A DNA stretch of 64,000 bases from a virus (taxonomy: Duplodnaviria; Caudoviricetes), in IMG/VR virus record IMGVR_UViG_3300011337_000669; one strand, 5' to 3'. Shown here piece after piece: positions 1 to 9,542 of the stretch (the first letter of the stretch is position 1; every line of letters starts with the position of its first letter). The notes beneath the pieces are model-generated. The model saw nothing but the letters and a program-made list of their open reading frames with translations, ran no database searches and was not told the origin of the DNA. The position numbers and the translations under genes are program-made.

Positions 1-216
1 CATTAAAGCTACTTGTACAGTAGTAAACCAATCATGACTATCGAAACTTTTAATCCAATTACTAAAGTTGAATGAGGTGTCAGGCCGTAATATACCAATA
101 CCAGTCAAGACTTGTTCATTCGTAATGTTTTCAGTCAAAGTCTTGGACACGTTATAATTCATAATCAATTTTATTCTTTCAAATAAATCGTGACTTTCTG
201 ATATTTTTTTTGGCAT
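1..216 (-). CDS. Partial protein (runs off left edge) with MPKKISESHDLFERIKLIMNYNVSKTLTEN leader
   Basis: Manual translation of the reverse strand; not in ORF track. TATTTAT motif upstream at 236-242. Confidence 0.7.
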   Translation of the reverse strand, partial: MPKKISESHDLFERIKLIMNYNVSKTLTENITNEQVLTGIGILRPDTSFNFSNWIKSFDSHDWFTTVQVALM

Positions 217-264
217 TTTATTTTTATTATTAACTATAAATAGTAGATTTATAAAAAAAAGGAA

Positions 265-579
265 ATGATATCAAGAGGAAGCCAAATTACGAATGTAAGA
301 AATAATACTATCCACATTGTTGACGATATCGAAGTCATCAATGGAGAAAAATTAATATTCACGGAGGATACAAAATGTTTTCCATACCATGAATGTGAAT
401 TAGTCCAAAATTCCTCTATTGAACACACAAATTTCACTAAAAATTTGATTGATAATCTAAAACATTCCGAATTGGATTTGGGGGAATGGTCCCCTCGTGA
501 ATTTATTCCTAAACCAAAAATAAAGAAAAACTTTTTATCCCGTTTTTGGGATAAAATTATTTACACCTTTACCTACTAA
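265..579 (+). CDS. Hypothetical protein
   Basis: 104-aa ORF filling the gap between neighbours. Confidence 0.55.
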   Translation: MISRGSQITNVRNNTIHIVDDIEVINGEKLIFTEDTKCFPYHECELVQNSSIEHTNFTKNLIDNLKHSELDLGEWSPREFIPKPKIKKNFLSRFWDKIIYTFTY

Positions 580-583
580 AAAT

Positions 584-3073
584 TTACTTCTTCAAATGAT
601 TGAACCTGAAGACAATGTTTTCCTCTTCAGGTTTATCTGAGAATTTAGGCCCCAAATATTCTTGGAAGTTGTTTCTCAACTTTGTCTCGATTTGTTTTTC
701 AACCTTTTCGGGAGTAAGGTTCGGTATTTCACCTTTCAAATAATTTTCAGGTGTTGGAACTTGTTTTCCGTCTACCACTTTCAAAACGTCTTGAATATCC
801 ACGTTCACGACGTTCTTGTCGTCAATCTCTTCAACAGAAGAAATTTTGAATTTGATACTAATTTTCGGTTCCACACCATAGGACGAAGATTTTGCGGTAG
901 AAACTTTTTGTGAAATCAATGAAGGTGCCATATTTCTGAATGCCATTCGTTTAAGTTCCATCACTTTCTCGTGAGTGGCGCCTCTCTCAATCATTCCCAT
1001 TTCCTGACGAGACAATAGATAAACTTGAGACTCCAAAGTATCATTCCATCTATATGGTCGGGACGCGTTCATTTGCTTTCCTGTGGAAGAAGAATATCTA
1101 TCTGAGGTTTCATACCACTTTCCATCTTTGAAGATATAAACTGGATACCACCCATAAGACTCGACAATATATATCTTTCCATCCATTGTTGTTCTCCAAT
1201 ATCCTCTCAAGTTTGAACCTTCAAATGGAAGTTGTGCTATGGTATAAATCTTGGCATTATAGTTAGGAGTACGTTTACCTTTCATCTTTCTTGGATCGAT
1301 AAAGTTGTCCTTTGTCAATGATGAATAATCACCATCTTGTCGATAGTTCAAAAGATATAATTCCAAAATATATGGCGCAAAATCGGCCTCGATTCCAAAA
1401 TATGGTAAATAATTTTTGATTGAGGATTGTAAGTCTCTTTTGTTGTTGTAATTAGTTTTTTGAGTATTAAGAAATTTGAACAGTTTGACAATCACCTTAT
1501 TTGGCTCAAGGTCAGTATTAACCGCCTCGTTCATCATATCAAAATCCTCATCATCGTATTCATCTTGACATGTTATTTGGTGAAACCCTAATAATCCGTC
1601 TTCAAACCATTCTTTACACATCGTAATCATTAAATTAGTAGTTTTCACAACGGGCCAATCACCTGAATGAAAATATTCCCACAGTTCGTCTTGAAACAAA
1701 AAATCGTCGACTGCTTTATTTATGACAGCATCTGCATATTCAAACTCATTATCAAATTTTTCACATGGGTCTGTAAACTCTGTTTCAGCGTGATAGATAT
1801 AATCCCGCATGGTCTTCTCATTAAACCTTCTTCTCAACTTTTCCAAAAAAGCGGATTTGTTCTCAACAATTGTTTTGAATTGTGATTCGGTGACAATATA
1901 TTCTTTTTTGATTTTTGTTTCGATAATTTTTATTGGTGGGGTAATTAAGTTTGGTTCGTTCCATCCTTTTGGTGGATAATTTGTGCTTAAATAAATATCT
2001 TTCATCGGGTTCATAGAAAGAGCTGTGTTGAGTTCAGATTCTATATTTTTTTCGTCATTAAAACTAATTCTTATTAGTTTAATTCCGTTTTCCCTACAGT
2101 ATTTGTTTTTTGCCAAATCGTTAAATTTCGTTTCTTCGTACCCCTTTTCACCACCATAATTTGGTTTTGGATCGAAATGTTGTCCCCCATCGAATTCTGC
2201 GATTACGACAGTCCCATCTTCCTTAACAAAGTAAGCATCTGCTTTTAACTTATTTCTGTTCCCCTTACCTTTAGAACTGTACTCTGATAATTTTTTTTCT
2301 TTTTCTACAGTATATCCTGAAAGTTCTAACAAACGTCTCATAGTAGATTCACCTCTGCGCTCCTTCTTGTTACGACAAGCAAATTCCAAGTAGCCCTTGT
2401 ATCCTGCAGCAACTCCATTAGGATAAAGGTTTATTGGATTTTCGTGATTTTTACATTTGATATTTTTTACGAACAATCTAGTTTGATGTGATCCTTCACT
2501 ACGTGGAACTAAGTACCAATCCTGTTCTATATCTTTAATGAAAAGTGGAGAATCTGGATTTTCGGGAACATCAGGAAAAATCAGTGGAGAATCTTCAGGA
2601 ATTGTATTTAGAAAATTTTCTACCTTAGACTTAAGATCTTGAGGATACGTCTCATCATTCGACTCAGAACGACATTTTTCACAGGTGAAATCTGTTAATC
2701 GATTAACTCTAATATCCTTTAACTTTCCATGAACTACTCCTTCTTTATCTTTTTTGGTACAACTTACTCCCTTGATAATTTTATTGTGTTTTTCATCCGT
2801 GTAGTAACTAACATTTTCAAAATCATATTGAGGGAACTCAATTTTAAAATTTTCTGTGAGTTGTTTTTGGTCTTTTACTCTCAATTCAGACAATAGATTT
2901 TGCATCGTAAGACTTTGGTCGCCAGTTCGATTTCTTCTGTTACTAACCCATGTGGATATATCCTTAGAATTGGAATCATTGTAAAAATCATTTAGTGTAT
3001 TAAATCGTGAAATATATTCTTTTATTGAATCTATATCCCATTTTGATTCTCGTCCTTCCAAAATTACTTTCAT
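584..3073 (-). CDS. Multi-module protein with a central Vsr/DUF559-like PD-(D/E)xK endonuclease domain
   Basis: ADAYF...AEFDGGQH...NDLAKNKYCRENGIKLIRISF motif; CxxC upstream; start moved to MKVILE after TATTTAT (3078-3084). Confidence 0.7.
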   Translation of the reverse strand: MKVILEGRESKWDIDSIKEYISRFNTLNDFYNDSNSKDISTWVSNRRNRTGDQSLTMQNLLSELRVKDQKQLTENFKIEFPQYDFENVSYYTDEKHNKIIKGVSCTKKDKEGVVHGKLKDIRVNRLTDFTCEKCRSESNDETYPQDLKSKVENFLNTIPEDSPLIFPDVPENPDSPLFIKDIEQDWYLVPRSEGSHQTRLFVKNIKCKNHENPINLYPNGVAAGYKGYLEFACRNKKERRGESTMRRLLELSGYTVEKEKKLSEYSSKGKGNRNKLKADAYFVKEDGTVVIAEFDGGQHFDPKPNYGGEKGYEETKFNDLAKNKYCRENGIKLIRISFNDEKNIESELNTALSMNPMKDIYLSTNYPPKGWNEPNLITPPIKIIETKIKKEYIVTESQFKTIVENKSAFLEKLRRRFNEKTMRDYIYHAETEFTDPCEKFDNEFEYADAVINKAVDDFLFQDELWEYFHSGDWPVVKTTNLMITMCKEWFEDGLLGFHQITCQDEYDDEDFDMMNEAVNTDLEPNKVIVKLFKFLNTQKTNYNNKRDLQSSIKNYLPYFGIEADFAPYILELYLLNYRQDGDYSSLTKDNFIDPRKMKGKRTPNYNAKIYTIAQLPFEGSNLRGYWRTTMDGKIYIVESYGWYPVYIFKDGKWYETSDRYSSSTGKQMNASRPYRWNDTLESQVYLLSRQEMGMIERGATHEKVMELKRMAFRNMAPSLISQKVSTAKSSSYGVEPKISIKFKISSVEEIDDKNVVNVDIQDVLKVVDGKQVPTPENYLKGEIPNLTPEKVEKQIETKLRNNFQEYLGPKFSDKPEEENIVFRFNHLKK

Positions 3074-3128
3074 ATTCATAAATACTCGATAAAAACAAAA
3101 TCCCTCCATATTGGGGGATTACAAATCA

Positions 3129-3482
3129 TTAATTAGGATATTCAGTTGAAACTTTGCCATTCTTGGAAAATGTGTAATGTTTCACCAAATTATGTTCATG
3201 AAATCTCCAATAAAATCTCCCAACGAATGTTCCATGATATTCCTCCGAAATTTTCATTACTTTATTTACCAATTCTTCATCACATTGGTGGTTCCAATCT
3301 TCAATGTCTCTTCCTGAAAAAATAATGTGACCATTTTCCAATTCAGGAGTCAATAAAACTTTCTGAAGAATTAGACATTCATACGTTTCCTCATCCAACT
3401 CTTGATGAATATTTTTCAACAACTTTGAATTATCATCTGATACAAATTCCAAGTTGATGGCAAAACCAAAATTTCCTGACAT
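3129..3482 (-). CDS. Hypothetical protein
   Basis: 117-aa ORF; TATTTAT upstream at 3513-3519. Confidence 0.6.
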   Translation of the reverse strand: MSGNFGFAINLEFVSDDNSKLLKNIHQELDEETYECLILQKVLLTPELENGHIIFSGRDIEDWNHQCDEELVNKVMKISEEYHGTFVGRFYWRFHEHNLVKHYTFSKNGKVSTEYPN

Positions 3483-3545
3483 ATTTTTCTTATTTAATTT
3501 TTTTTATTGAATATAAATACTATTTTTGTTTTAATAAGTAAAACT

Positions 3546-4322
3546 ATGAATCCACGTCTCAAAAAAATCATATTCAGTAAGTTAAACGATGATTTATCCA
3601 AGGTTGAAATCATTTTGTCTGAAAATCAGTCAATTTGGTTCATCGACCGTGCAAATAAGTATTGGTACTTCGAATTGGAAAAATCAGGTAAATTATGGTG
3701 GAGGTATGAGTTTTTTACCGATTTTTTTATCCTTTTTTCTCTTAAAATCGATGAATTTCAACCACTTCTCTCTGAATGGGTGGAAGGGATACTCAATCGT
3801 GGGGTTGCATCATCCAATTTATTAAACCATGGGGATGTGCAACGGGTGGAAAGAGTACTTAATAGTGGGGTATCCTCAACAAGCCACCCAGGTGCCAATG
3901 CCTATGATCAGGTAGAGGGTATACTCAATAGTGGGGTATCTGCAACCGGAGACCTTGGCATGGAAAGAATTACCACGGTGGAAGGTATCCTCAATCATGG
4001 ATACAGAAAAGGATCTCGTAAGGTAGATGAGGTACTCAATCATAAGGTAGTTACAACAGAATACTGTGGCATTATTCCAAATTATGATTTAGAAGAAGTC
4101 CTTAATCGTGAGATTAACGAAATAGATGGAGGAGAGTTGATAGATAATATTACACTGGAAAAAGTTCTCAATCATAAGGTCGTTTCAATTCTACCTGCAA
4201 ATCTACAAAATGAATTAGTACAACAAATTCTTGTTAATGAATTAATATATGAAGTTGAATCTGCAGATCCTTTGGACACACCAGCATACGATTCGGTGGA
4301 TGAAGTATTAAAAAATAGTTAG
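3546..4322 (+). CDS. Hypothetical protein with C-terminal 22-aa tandem repeats
   Basis: ORF (start MNPRL); V(E/D)xxLNxxV core repeated about 9 times. Confidence 0.75.
   Translation: MNPRLKKIIFSKLNDDLSKVEIILSENQSIWFIDRANKYWYFELEKSGKLWWRYEFFTDFFILFSLKIDEFQPLLSEWVEGILNRGVASSNLLNHGDVQRVERVLNSGVSSTSHPGANAYDQVEGILNSGVSATGDLGMERITTVEGILNHGYRKGSRKVDEVLNHKVVTTEYCGIIPNYDLEEVLNREINEIDGGELIDNITLEKVLNHKVVSILPANLQNELVQQILVNELIYEVESADPLDTPAYDSVDEVLKNS
3780..4322 (+). repeat. In-frame tandem array, mostly 66-bp period, conserved ~27-bp core plus variable remainder
   Basis: Unit starts at 3780, 3846, 3912, 3978, 4023, 4089, 4155, 4218, 4296. Confidence 0.85.
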
Positions 4323-4347
4323 ACACTAAAACTTTCTCCGCATCCGA

Positions 4348-4677
4348 TTAAACCGCGAATGAGGTTCCACAACCGCAGGTTCTTGTCGAATTTGGATTAT
4401 TCCATTCGAATCCTTTACCATTAAGTCCATCTTTATAGTCCAACTCAGTTCCTACCAAGTATAAAAGAGACAACTTATTAATACAGACCTTAATAGAATC
4501 AAGGTCAACGATTGTATCACTTGGGTCATCCTTGTCATCAAATTTCATTTGATAAGATAATCCACTACATCCTCCTCCAATTACTCCGACTCTTAACTTA
4601 TGAGTTTCAGGGGATATACCCTCATTCTCCATTAAAATTAAAAGTTGATTTTTTGCTCGTTCAGAAACAGTTACCAT
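4348..4677 (-). CDS. iscA: A-type Fe-S cluster carrier (IscA/ErpA, HesB family)
   Basis: GGGCSGLSY and C-terminal CGCGTSF motifs; 109 aa. Confidence 0.93.
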   Translation of the reverse strand: MVTVSERAKNQLLILMENEGISPETHKLRVGVIGGGCSGLSYQMKFDDKDDPSDTIVDLDSIKVCINKLSLLYLVGTELDYKDGLNGKGFEWNNPNSTRTCGCGTSFAV

Positions 4678-4702
4678 TATAATAGTTTTTACGATGAATT
4701 TA

Positions 4703-5008
4703 TTAAAGAATACTTAATTCGGCGACTTCTACGCCAGTTAAATCATATACAAGTTTTCTTATTATTTTCTCGACTTCTTTGTCACTGAGTAAAAATAAGT
4801 CCATAATTGAACCGAAAATATTTCCATCAATACTGAAATAATACGCGTTCATTTCAGGTGAATAGTATAACAATGCAGTTTCATGCCCATTTTTGAAAAA
4901 AATTTCCAAATCGGGGATAATCTCATCACGTTTCAACTCACCTAATTTGTCGATTAAGTATTTCGTCGCAATTGTCTGTAATCTTGATTGGTTAATTTGA
5001 TATTTCAT
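4703..5008 (-). CDS. Small MKYII-leader family protein
   Basis: N-terminus MKYQINQSRL; similar to neighbours. Confidence 0.7.
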   Translation of the reverse strand: MKYQINQSRLQTIATKYLIDKLGELKRDEIIPDLEIFFKNGHETALLYYSPEMNAYYFSIDGNIFGSIMDLFLLSDKEVEKIIRKLVYDLTGVEVAELSIL

Positions 5009-5336
5009 CTAAATCGATATGATTAAAGGTTCCAAAATAAATCTTTGTTGGTGGTTCGATGCCAAGGTAGTTAGAGAACCATTTTCTGATTGACTCTTTT
5101 TTTTGTTCATAGTCAAGTGAAAACATATCTACTAATGGATCTGAAATTTTTGCTCTGTCAAAGACTATTTTATCTTCAGGTTTTGACCACATAAAAACTA
5201 TTTCCCCATCTTTCAAGGCAAAATCCCATTCTTTATATAATTTTCCACCTGAAAACGAATCCAAATTATTATAGGTATCATTCAAAAAATATGCCCCCAA
5301 GTCAATCAGTCTCGATTCTGTAATTATTACCTTCAT
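4992..5336 (-). CDS. Small MKYII-leader family protein
   Basis: N-terminus MKVIITESRL; TATTTAT 5 nt upstream of ATG. Confidence 0.75.
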   Translation of the reverse strand: MKVIITESRLIDLGAYFLNDTYNNLDSFSGGKLYKEWDFALKDGEIVFMWSKPEDKIVFDRAKISDPLVDMFSLDYEQKKESIRKWFSNYLGIEPPTKIYFGTFNHIDLDEISN

Positions 5337-5366
5337 AAGTAATAAATATCAACAGGTATTTCTTTA

Positions 5367-5585
5367 CTAACACCCATCCTCACAAAACTTCTCAAGAAGT
5401 TCAAGTTCAATTTGGTTGATGTTTGCCGGAGTATCATCATCCCAAGATATCTCGATGGATTTTTGTTCTCCGGCAGTTTCATTCACCTCCACAGAAAAAG
5501 GGTACATAAACCCCTGATTATCAGTATAATAACCATAGGAGGTTTTCACAACCATAAAATTTTCTTTATCAATAATAATTCCCAT
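5367..5585 (-). CDS. Small acidic hypothetical protein
   Basis: Start moved to MGIIIDK; TATTTAT at 5604-5610. Confidence 0.6.
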   Translation of the reverse strand: MGIIIDKENFMVVKTSYGYYTDNQGFMYPFSVEVNETAGEQKSIEISWDDDTPANINQIELELLEKFCEDGC

Positions 5586-5640
5586 ATCTTTTTTTTTGTA
5601 AAAATAAATAATTTGTTGGTTCTTTCCAAAAAAAGAATAA

Positions 5641-5668
5641 AAAAAACCCACCTTTATGGGGTGGGGAT
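5641..5668 (-). terminator. Intrinsic terminator, CCCACC-TTTATGG-GGTGGG family
   Basis: GC stem with A-run on + strand (U-tail on - strand). Confidence 0.75.
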
Positions 5669-5688
5669 TATATTTTAAATTTGATTGA

Positions 5689-6276
5689 TTATGGAGTTGG
5701 ATAATCCACTTTTGGAACAGGTAGATTACCTGCGCCGGTAGTACAGAAAGTTTGTTTTAATTCTTTGGTCAAAGAAGGTGCGAAAACAGTCCAATGGATT
5801 TTTTTGCTTCCGTCTTTATTGGGTGAATTATCAAATGACATGAACAACTTGTCAGGAATATTACACATGAAGGATGCTTTATCATATTGTTCCTCTCCAA
5901 AAGGCGAATTTTTCATCTCAACTTCGAATGTTACATCATAATTTGTATCGAAATAAACTTTTTTAATTTCAAAAGTTCCGGAATTATTACCTGTACTATC
6001 AGGTTTGTTCTTGTCCTCAATTACAGTATATGTGTTAAATTGTTTACCCACAAATTTTTTCAAAAGATCTGGATTTTTGAATGGATTTGTAGTCGTTTCT
6101 CCACTAGTTGGGATTGGGAGGGTTGGGTTTGACATTGGTGGAGTAGTCTTGGTTTTCACACCAGGATTTTCACCAGTTTGTACAACAGTGGTTTGAGTTT
6201 GTTCACTCATCAGTCGTTTCTCCAATCTTTGGTTGGCTTCTTGAATATGTCTGATTTTACTGAAACTTTTATTCAT
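5689..6276 (-). CDS. Hypothetical protein with MNKSFSKIRHIQEANQRLEKRLMSEQ leader
   Basis: ORF; TATTTAT at 6292-6298. Confidence 0.7.
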   Translation of the reverse strand: MNKSFSKIRHIQEANQRLEKRLMSEQTQTTVVQTGENPGVKTKTTPPMSNPTLPIPTSGETTTNPFKNPDLLKKFVGKQFNTYTVIEDKNKPDSTGNNSGTFEIKKVYFDTNYDVTFEVEMKNSPFGEEQYDKASFMCNIPDKLFMSFDNSPNKDGSKKIHWTVFAPSLTKELKQTFCTTGAGNLPVPKVDYPTP

Positions 6277-6309
6277 AATTTTGTATTTCCAATAAATATC
6301 ATTAAACAC

Positions 6310-6338
6310 AAAAAAACCCCACCTTTATGGGGTGGGGT
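6310..6338 (-). terminator. Intrinsic terminator (same family)
   Basis: ACCCCACC-TTTATGG-GGTGGGGT stem-loop plus A-run. Confidence 0.8.
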
Positions 6339-6363
6339 GAAGTTAACTTCAATACTTAATTTA

Positions 6364-6768
6364 TTATTGAGGTTGTTGAGGCGCTTGTGCCTTTGCAATT
6401 GCTTGTGCCAAAGCATCAAGTGGTGCCAATACGTTGGAAATTGCCGGTAAATATGGTTTGAACGCTTGTGTATTTTGATATTGAGAAATAGCCTTTTTAA
6501 TAGTATCAGGAAGATTACCAAGTTGTCTTCTGATTTTCAAAACGTCATAAATCGCATTTATTTCATTTTGTTGAGCCTGATTTGTTGCTCGGTTTGTTGC
6601 TCTCAAATCTTGTCTTGCGTCTCTTCTTGCATCCTTTGCATCTCGAACACCTGTTCTAGCGGCATCAAGTTCTTGTTGTGCTGCTAGTTGTTGACTAGTT
6701 TGTTCTTGTATTGCCTTTTTAACCAATCTTGATAAATCAGCTTCGGTCATTCTTATAATTTTTCCCAT
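6364..6768 (-). CDS. Coiled-coil protein with MGKIIRMTEADL leader
   Basis: Q/A-rich helical sequence; TATTTAT at 6786-6792. Confidence 0.7.
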   Translation of the reverse strand: MGKIIRMTEADLSRLVKKAIQEQTSQQLAAQQELDAARTGVRDAKDARRDARQDLRATNRATNQAQQNEINAIYDVLKIRRQLGNLPDTIKKAISQYQNTQAFKPYLPAISNVLAPLDALAQAIAKAQAPQQPQ

Positions 6769-6804
6769 GTTATTTTCAGTTTAATATAAATATCACAAAG
6801 AATA

Positions 6805-6837
6805 AAAAAAACCCCACCGAATAAAGGATGGGGGTTT
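6805..6837 (-). terminator. Intrinsic terminator
   Basis: AAACCCC...GGGGTTT stem after the cyclophilin gene. Confidence 0.65.
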
Positions 6838-6841
6838 AATT

Positions 6842-7276
6842 TTAGTCAATCAAACTGATGGAGACAATATTATCTCCTTGTTGGATTTGTTCGATAAGGT
6901 CAAGACCTTCAATTACCTTTCCAAAACAGGTATGGTTCCCATCCAAGTGTTGGGTGTTTTGTCTAGTATGACAAATGAAAAACTGAGAACCTCCAGTATT
7001 TCTCCCTGAGTGAGCCATAGAAAGGACTCCTCTGTCGTGGAATTGTTTTGGCGCGGTTACTTCACAAGGAATATTATATCCTGGTCCACCATCCCCACGT
7101 TTATTTGGACAACCTCCTTGGGCGACAAATCCTGGAATAACTCTATGGAAGTTCAATCCATTGTAGAAACCATCTGATGCCAATTTCTTGAAGTTATCAA
7201 CCGTAATTGGGGTTTCGTTATCATAAAGTTCGACAATCATGTCCCCTTTATCTGTTGAAATTTTTGCTTTGCTCAT
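6842..7276 (-). CDS. ppiA: Cyclophilin-type peptidyl-prolyl isomerase
   Basis: FYNGLNFHRVIPGFVAQGG, GVLSMAH, GGSQFFI, HLDGNHTCFGKV motifs. Confidence 0.95.
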   Translation of the reverse strand: MSKAKISTDKGDMIVELYDNETPITVDNFKKLASDGFYNGLNFHRVIPGFVAQGGCPNKRGDGGPGYNIPCEVTAPKQFHDRGVLSMAHSGRNTGGSQFFICHTRQNTQHLDGNHTCFGKVIEGLDLIEQIQQGDNIVSISLID

Positions 7277-7353
7277 CTTATTCAATTTTCAAAAAGTATA
7301 ATAAAAAAATATGAAATAAAAAACCCCTCCTAATTAAAGATGGGGTTGTATAA

Positions 7354-7683
7354 TTATTCTTGACAAGTTAACACATAAGTTTCCATCAAATCATCACCAT
7401 ACCAGTCACGGCACATAATAAAAATTCTGTCAATAAATTCTTCATAGCTACTTTCGGTAAAATACTCTTCGTTAACAGCAAAAAAATGTTCAATCGCCAT
7501 AGCAATAATGCTATCAGAATATTCGTATTCATCAACAAAGTCTCCACAAAGATCCGGAAATTCCTCCTGTGTTTCACGAATATATTTCTCGAAGGATTTC
7601 TTATTCACCCTTCGTTTCAATCTATTCATTAAGGAGGACTCGGACAATAATTCATATTGTGATTCTGTTATAATATATTTCAT
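7354..7683 (-). CDS. MKYIITESQ-leader protein, paralog of an internal module of the 584-3073 protein
   Basis: Shared L(K/R)RR.N......YI, C..F..E.EY.D..I and MC..W motifs. Confidence 0.75.
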   Translation of the reverse strand: MKYIITESQYELLSESSLMNRLKRRVNKKSFEKYIRETQEEFPDLCGDFVDEYEYSDSIIAMAIEHFFAVNEEYFTESSYEEFIDRIFIMCRDWYGDDLMETYVLTCQE

Positions 7684-7684
7684 A

Positions 7685-8020
7685 TCAATAATCAGTTAAA
7701 ATAACGGAACCATCAGGAGAATACGCTTCAATCCAAAATTGATTGTTATATCGAGGAATTCCCAAATAATATAAAAAATCTATTCCTATATATTGAGATA
7801 TAAGATAATAAGGGTCGAATTCTTTCTCATACATATTTTTTTCAGTAATCGAATCATCATTCAGGTATACGGCAACTTTGTAGTTATCAAGCTTTCTGCG
7901 ACCTTTTCGACCCTCACCGACGTAAGTAATCTCAACACGATCCACCATAGGATAAACATTCTTTAACAAAGAAGAATTCGCAATCTTATTCAACGCCTTT
8001 AATTCTTGATCACTTAACAT
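7685..8020 (-). CDS. Hypothetical protein
   Basis: ORF; TATTTAT at 8025-8031. Confidence 0.65.
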   Translation of the reverse strand: MLSDQELKALNKIANSSLLKNVYPMVDRVEITYVGEGRKGRRKLDNYKVAVYLNDDSITEKNMYEKEFDPYYLISQYIGIDFLYYLGIPRYNNQFWIEAYSPDGSVILTDY

Positions 8021-8039
8021 ATCAATAAATATCTATTAT

Positions 8040-8092
8040 CCAAAAAAGGGGTTGGGGATTAGAACGACCGAAGGGAGAAATCGAATCCGAAT
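8040..8092. repeat. Dispersed intergenic repeat, copy A
   Basis: CCAAAAAAGGGGTTGGGGATTAGAACGACCGAAGGGAGAA. Confidence 0.9.
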
Positions 8093-8143
8093 ATATTTTA
8101 CATACACACAATAATGTACTACATTTGTTCCAAACAAAGAAAA

Positions 8144-8839
8144 ATGAAATACAGAAAGAAACCAGTAATCATTGACGCAGTTCAATGGACAGGAAAGAAT
8201 CGTAGAGAAATGTTTGACTTCCTAACCCAAGATACATTCAAGAATGAAACAATGGAAATAAGTGATAAACACTTTTACATTGACCGTCATAATGACGGTG
8301 GGTTGGTTATTAAAACCCTTGAAGGAGAACATCTTGCAACAATTGGGGATTACATCATCAGAGGTGTTCAAGGTGAATACTACCCTTGTAAAGAAGATAT
8401 CTTCCTTCAGACCTATGAGAAGGTCGAGGATAATCCTATAACCCTATCATTGAAAGATCTTTATGTCCACGGTAATGGTGATAAAAATAGTACTGGGGGG
8501 ACGACAATTAGTGTTCCTACTAAAGTACCTTACCATACAATTTGTAGTTGTAATGGTAGTGGTCTTTGTGGGTGTACTATCGCTAATAATATGGTAGATA
8601 ATCCTAATATTCTTAAGACTACTACTGGTAATATTACTACCGGTGTATTAAACACTGCAACATCATCATCCACATATGGATATCCAAGAACTGAACCTGA
8701 ACCAAATGGAGTCAAATGTCCAAAATGTGGTGAAGAATTAATGGACACTTACCCAAACATGATATTAACCTCCGATCCACCACAAAAAAATGTTCACTGT
8801 CCAAAGTGTGACCATAAAGGATACAGATTTATTTCATAA
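8144..8839 (+). CDS. Phage protein (MKYRKKPVIIDAVQW family) with C-terminal Cys/Zn-ribbon extension
   Basis: GDYII.GV.GE.YPCK motif; CPKC...CPKC at C-terminus; TACATTTG at 8120-8127. Confidence 0.7.
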   Translation: MKYRKKPVIIDAVQWTGKNRREMFDFLTQDTFKNETMEISDKHFYIDRHNDGGLVIKTLEGEHLATIGDYIIRGVQGEYYPCKEDIFLQTYEKVEDNPITLSLKDLYVHGNGDKNSTGGTTISVPTKVPYHTICSCNGSGLCGCTIANNMVDNPNILKTTTGNITTGVLNTATSSSTYGYPRTEPEPNGVKCPKCGEELMDTYPNMILTSDPPQKNVHCPKCDHKGYRFIS

Positions 8840-8840
8840 T

Positions 8841-8869
8841 AAAAAACCCCACCTTTAAGGGGTGGGGTT
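8841..8869. terminator. Bidirectional terminator between convergent genes
   Basis: AACCCCACC-TTTAAGG-GGTGGGGTT. Confidence 0.8.
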
Positions 8870-8872
8870 AAA

Positions 8873-9460
8873 TTATGGATTTCTTCTTTTATCCCAAATA
8901 TCTACGACATGCAAATACATATCATCAAGGTTCTCTTTTCCTGATTCAATTCTTCGAATAACCTCTTCCTTTGTATAAAGAGTATTTTTAACAATATAGT
9001 CAATCATTTCTTCATCTGTGATTCCTTCAGGTTTTTCGGGTTCAGGAATACACTCGTATTCTCTATCTGATGTGCCAATGTCTTCAATAGATAACCCTGA
9101 CTCTCCAACGATTTGTTCGAACTTAGGAACCATCATTTCATCATACCATTCAAGAATTACATGCAGAACATATGATTTCCTTAAGCTCAATGCTGTTGTA
9201 AGAACATCAACAAAACTTTTGGATATCATCAAATAACCTTGGTCAAATCGACCATCCTCAAAATAATAAATTGCGGTAATTACTTCTTTCCCATCAACAC
9301 ACCAATCCTCACGAAGATTTCCGTAATTACGTGCCTTAGGAGTGACCTTACGTTTGCCACCATCAATATATTGATTTATATATTTGACAATAGCGTTGCT
9401 AATAGACTGGCTACTCCTGTTAAGTTTTCTATATTGTTCTTCTGTTATGATGTATTTCAT
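8873..9460 (-). CDS. MKYIITEEQ-leader protein
   Basis: Leader; TATTTAT at 9465-9471. Confidence 0.75.
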   Translation of the reverse strand: MKYIITEEQYRKLNRSSQSISNAIVKYINQYIDGGKRKVTPKARNYGNLREDWCVDGKEVITAIYYFEDGRFDQGYLMISKSFVDVLTTALSLRKSYVLHVILEWYDEMMVPKFEQIVGESGLSIEDIGTSDREYECIPEPEKPEGITDEEMIDYIVKNTLYTKEEVIRRIESGKENLDDMYLHVVDIWDKRRNP

Positions 9461-9482
9461 ATATCAATAAATATCAATTATC

Positions 9483-9535
9483 CCAAAAAGGGGCTGGGGA
9501 TTAGAACGACCGAAGGGAGAACGAACGGATCCGAA
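9483..9535. repeat. Dispersed intergenic repeat, copy B
   Basis: CCAAAAAGGGGCTGGGGATTAGAACGACCGAAGGGAGAA. Confidence 0.9.
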
Positions 9536-9542
9536 CAACAAT

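Noticed and set aside
3780-4322. True CRISPR array or DGR variable region
   Set aside because: Repeats are degenerate at wobble positions and stay in frame (protein-level selection); differences are not adenine-specific; no cas or RT gene seen
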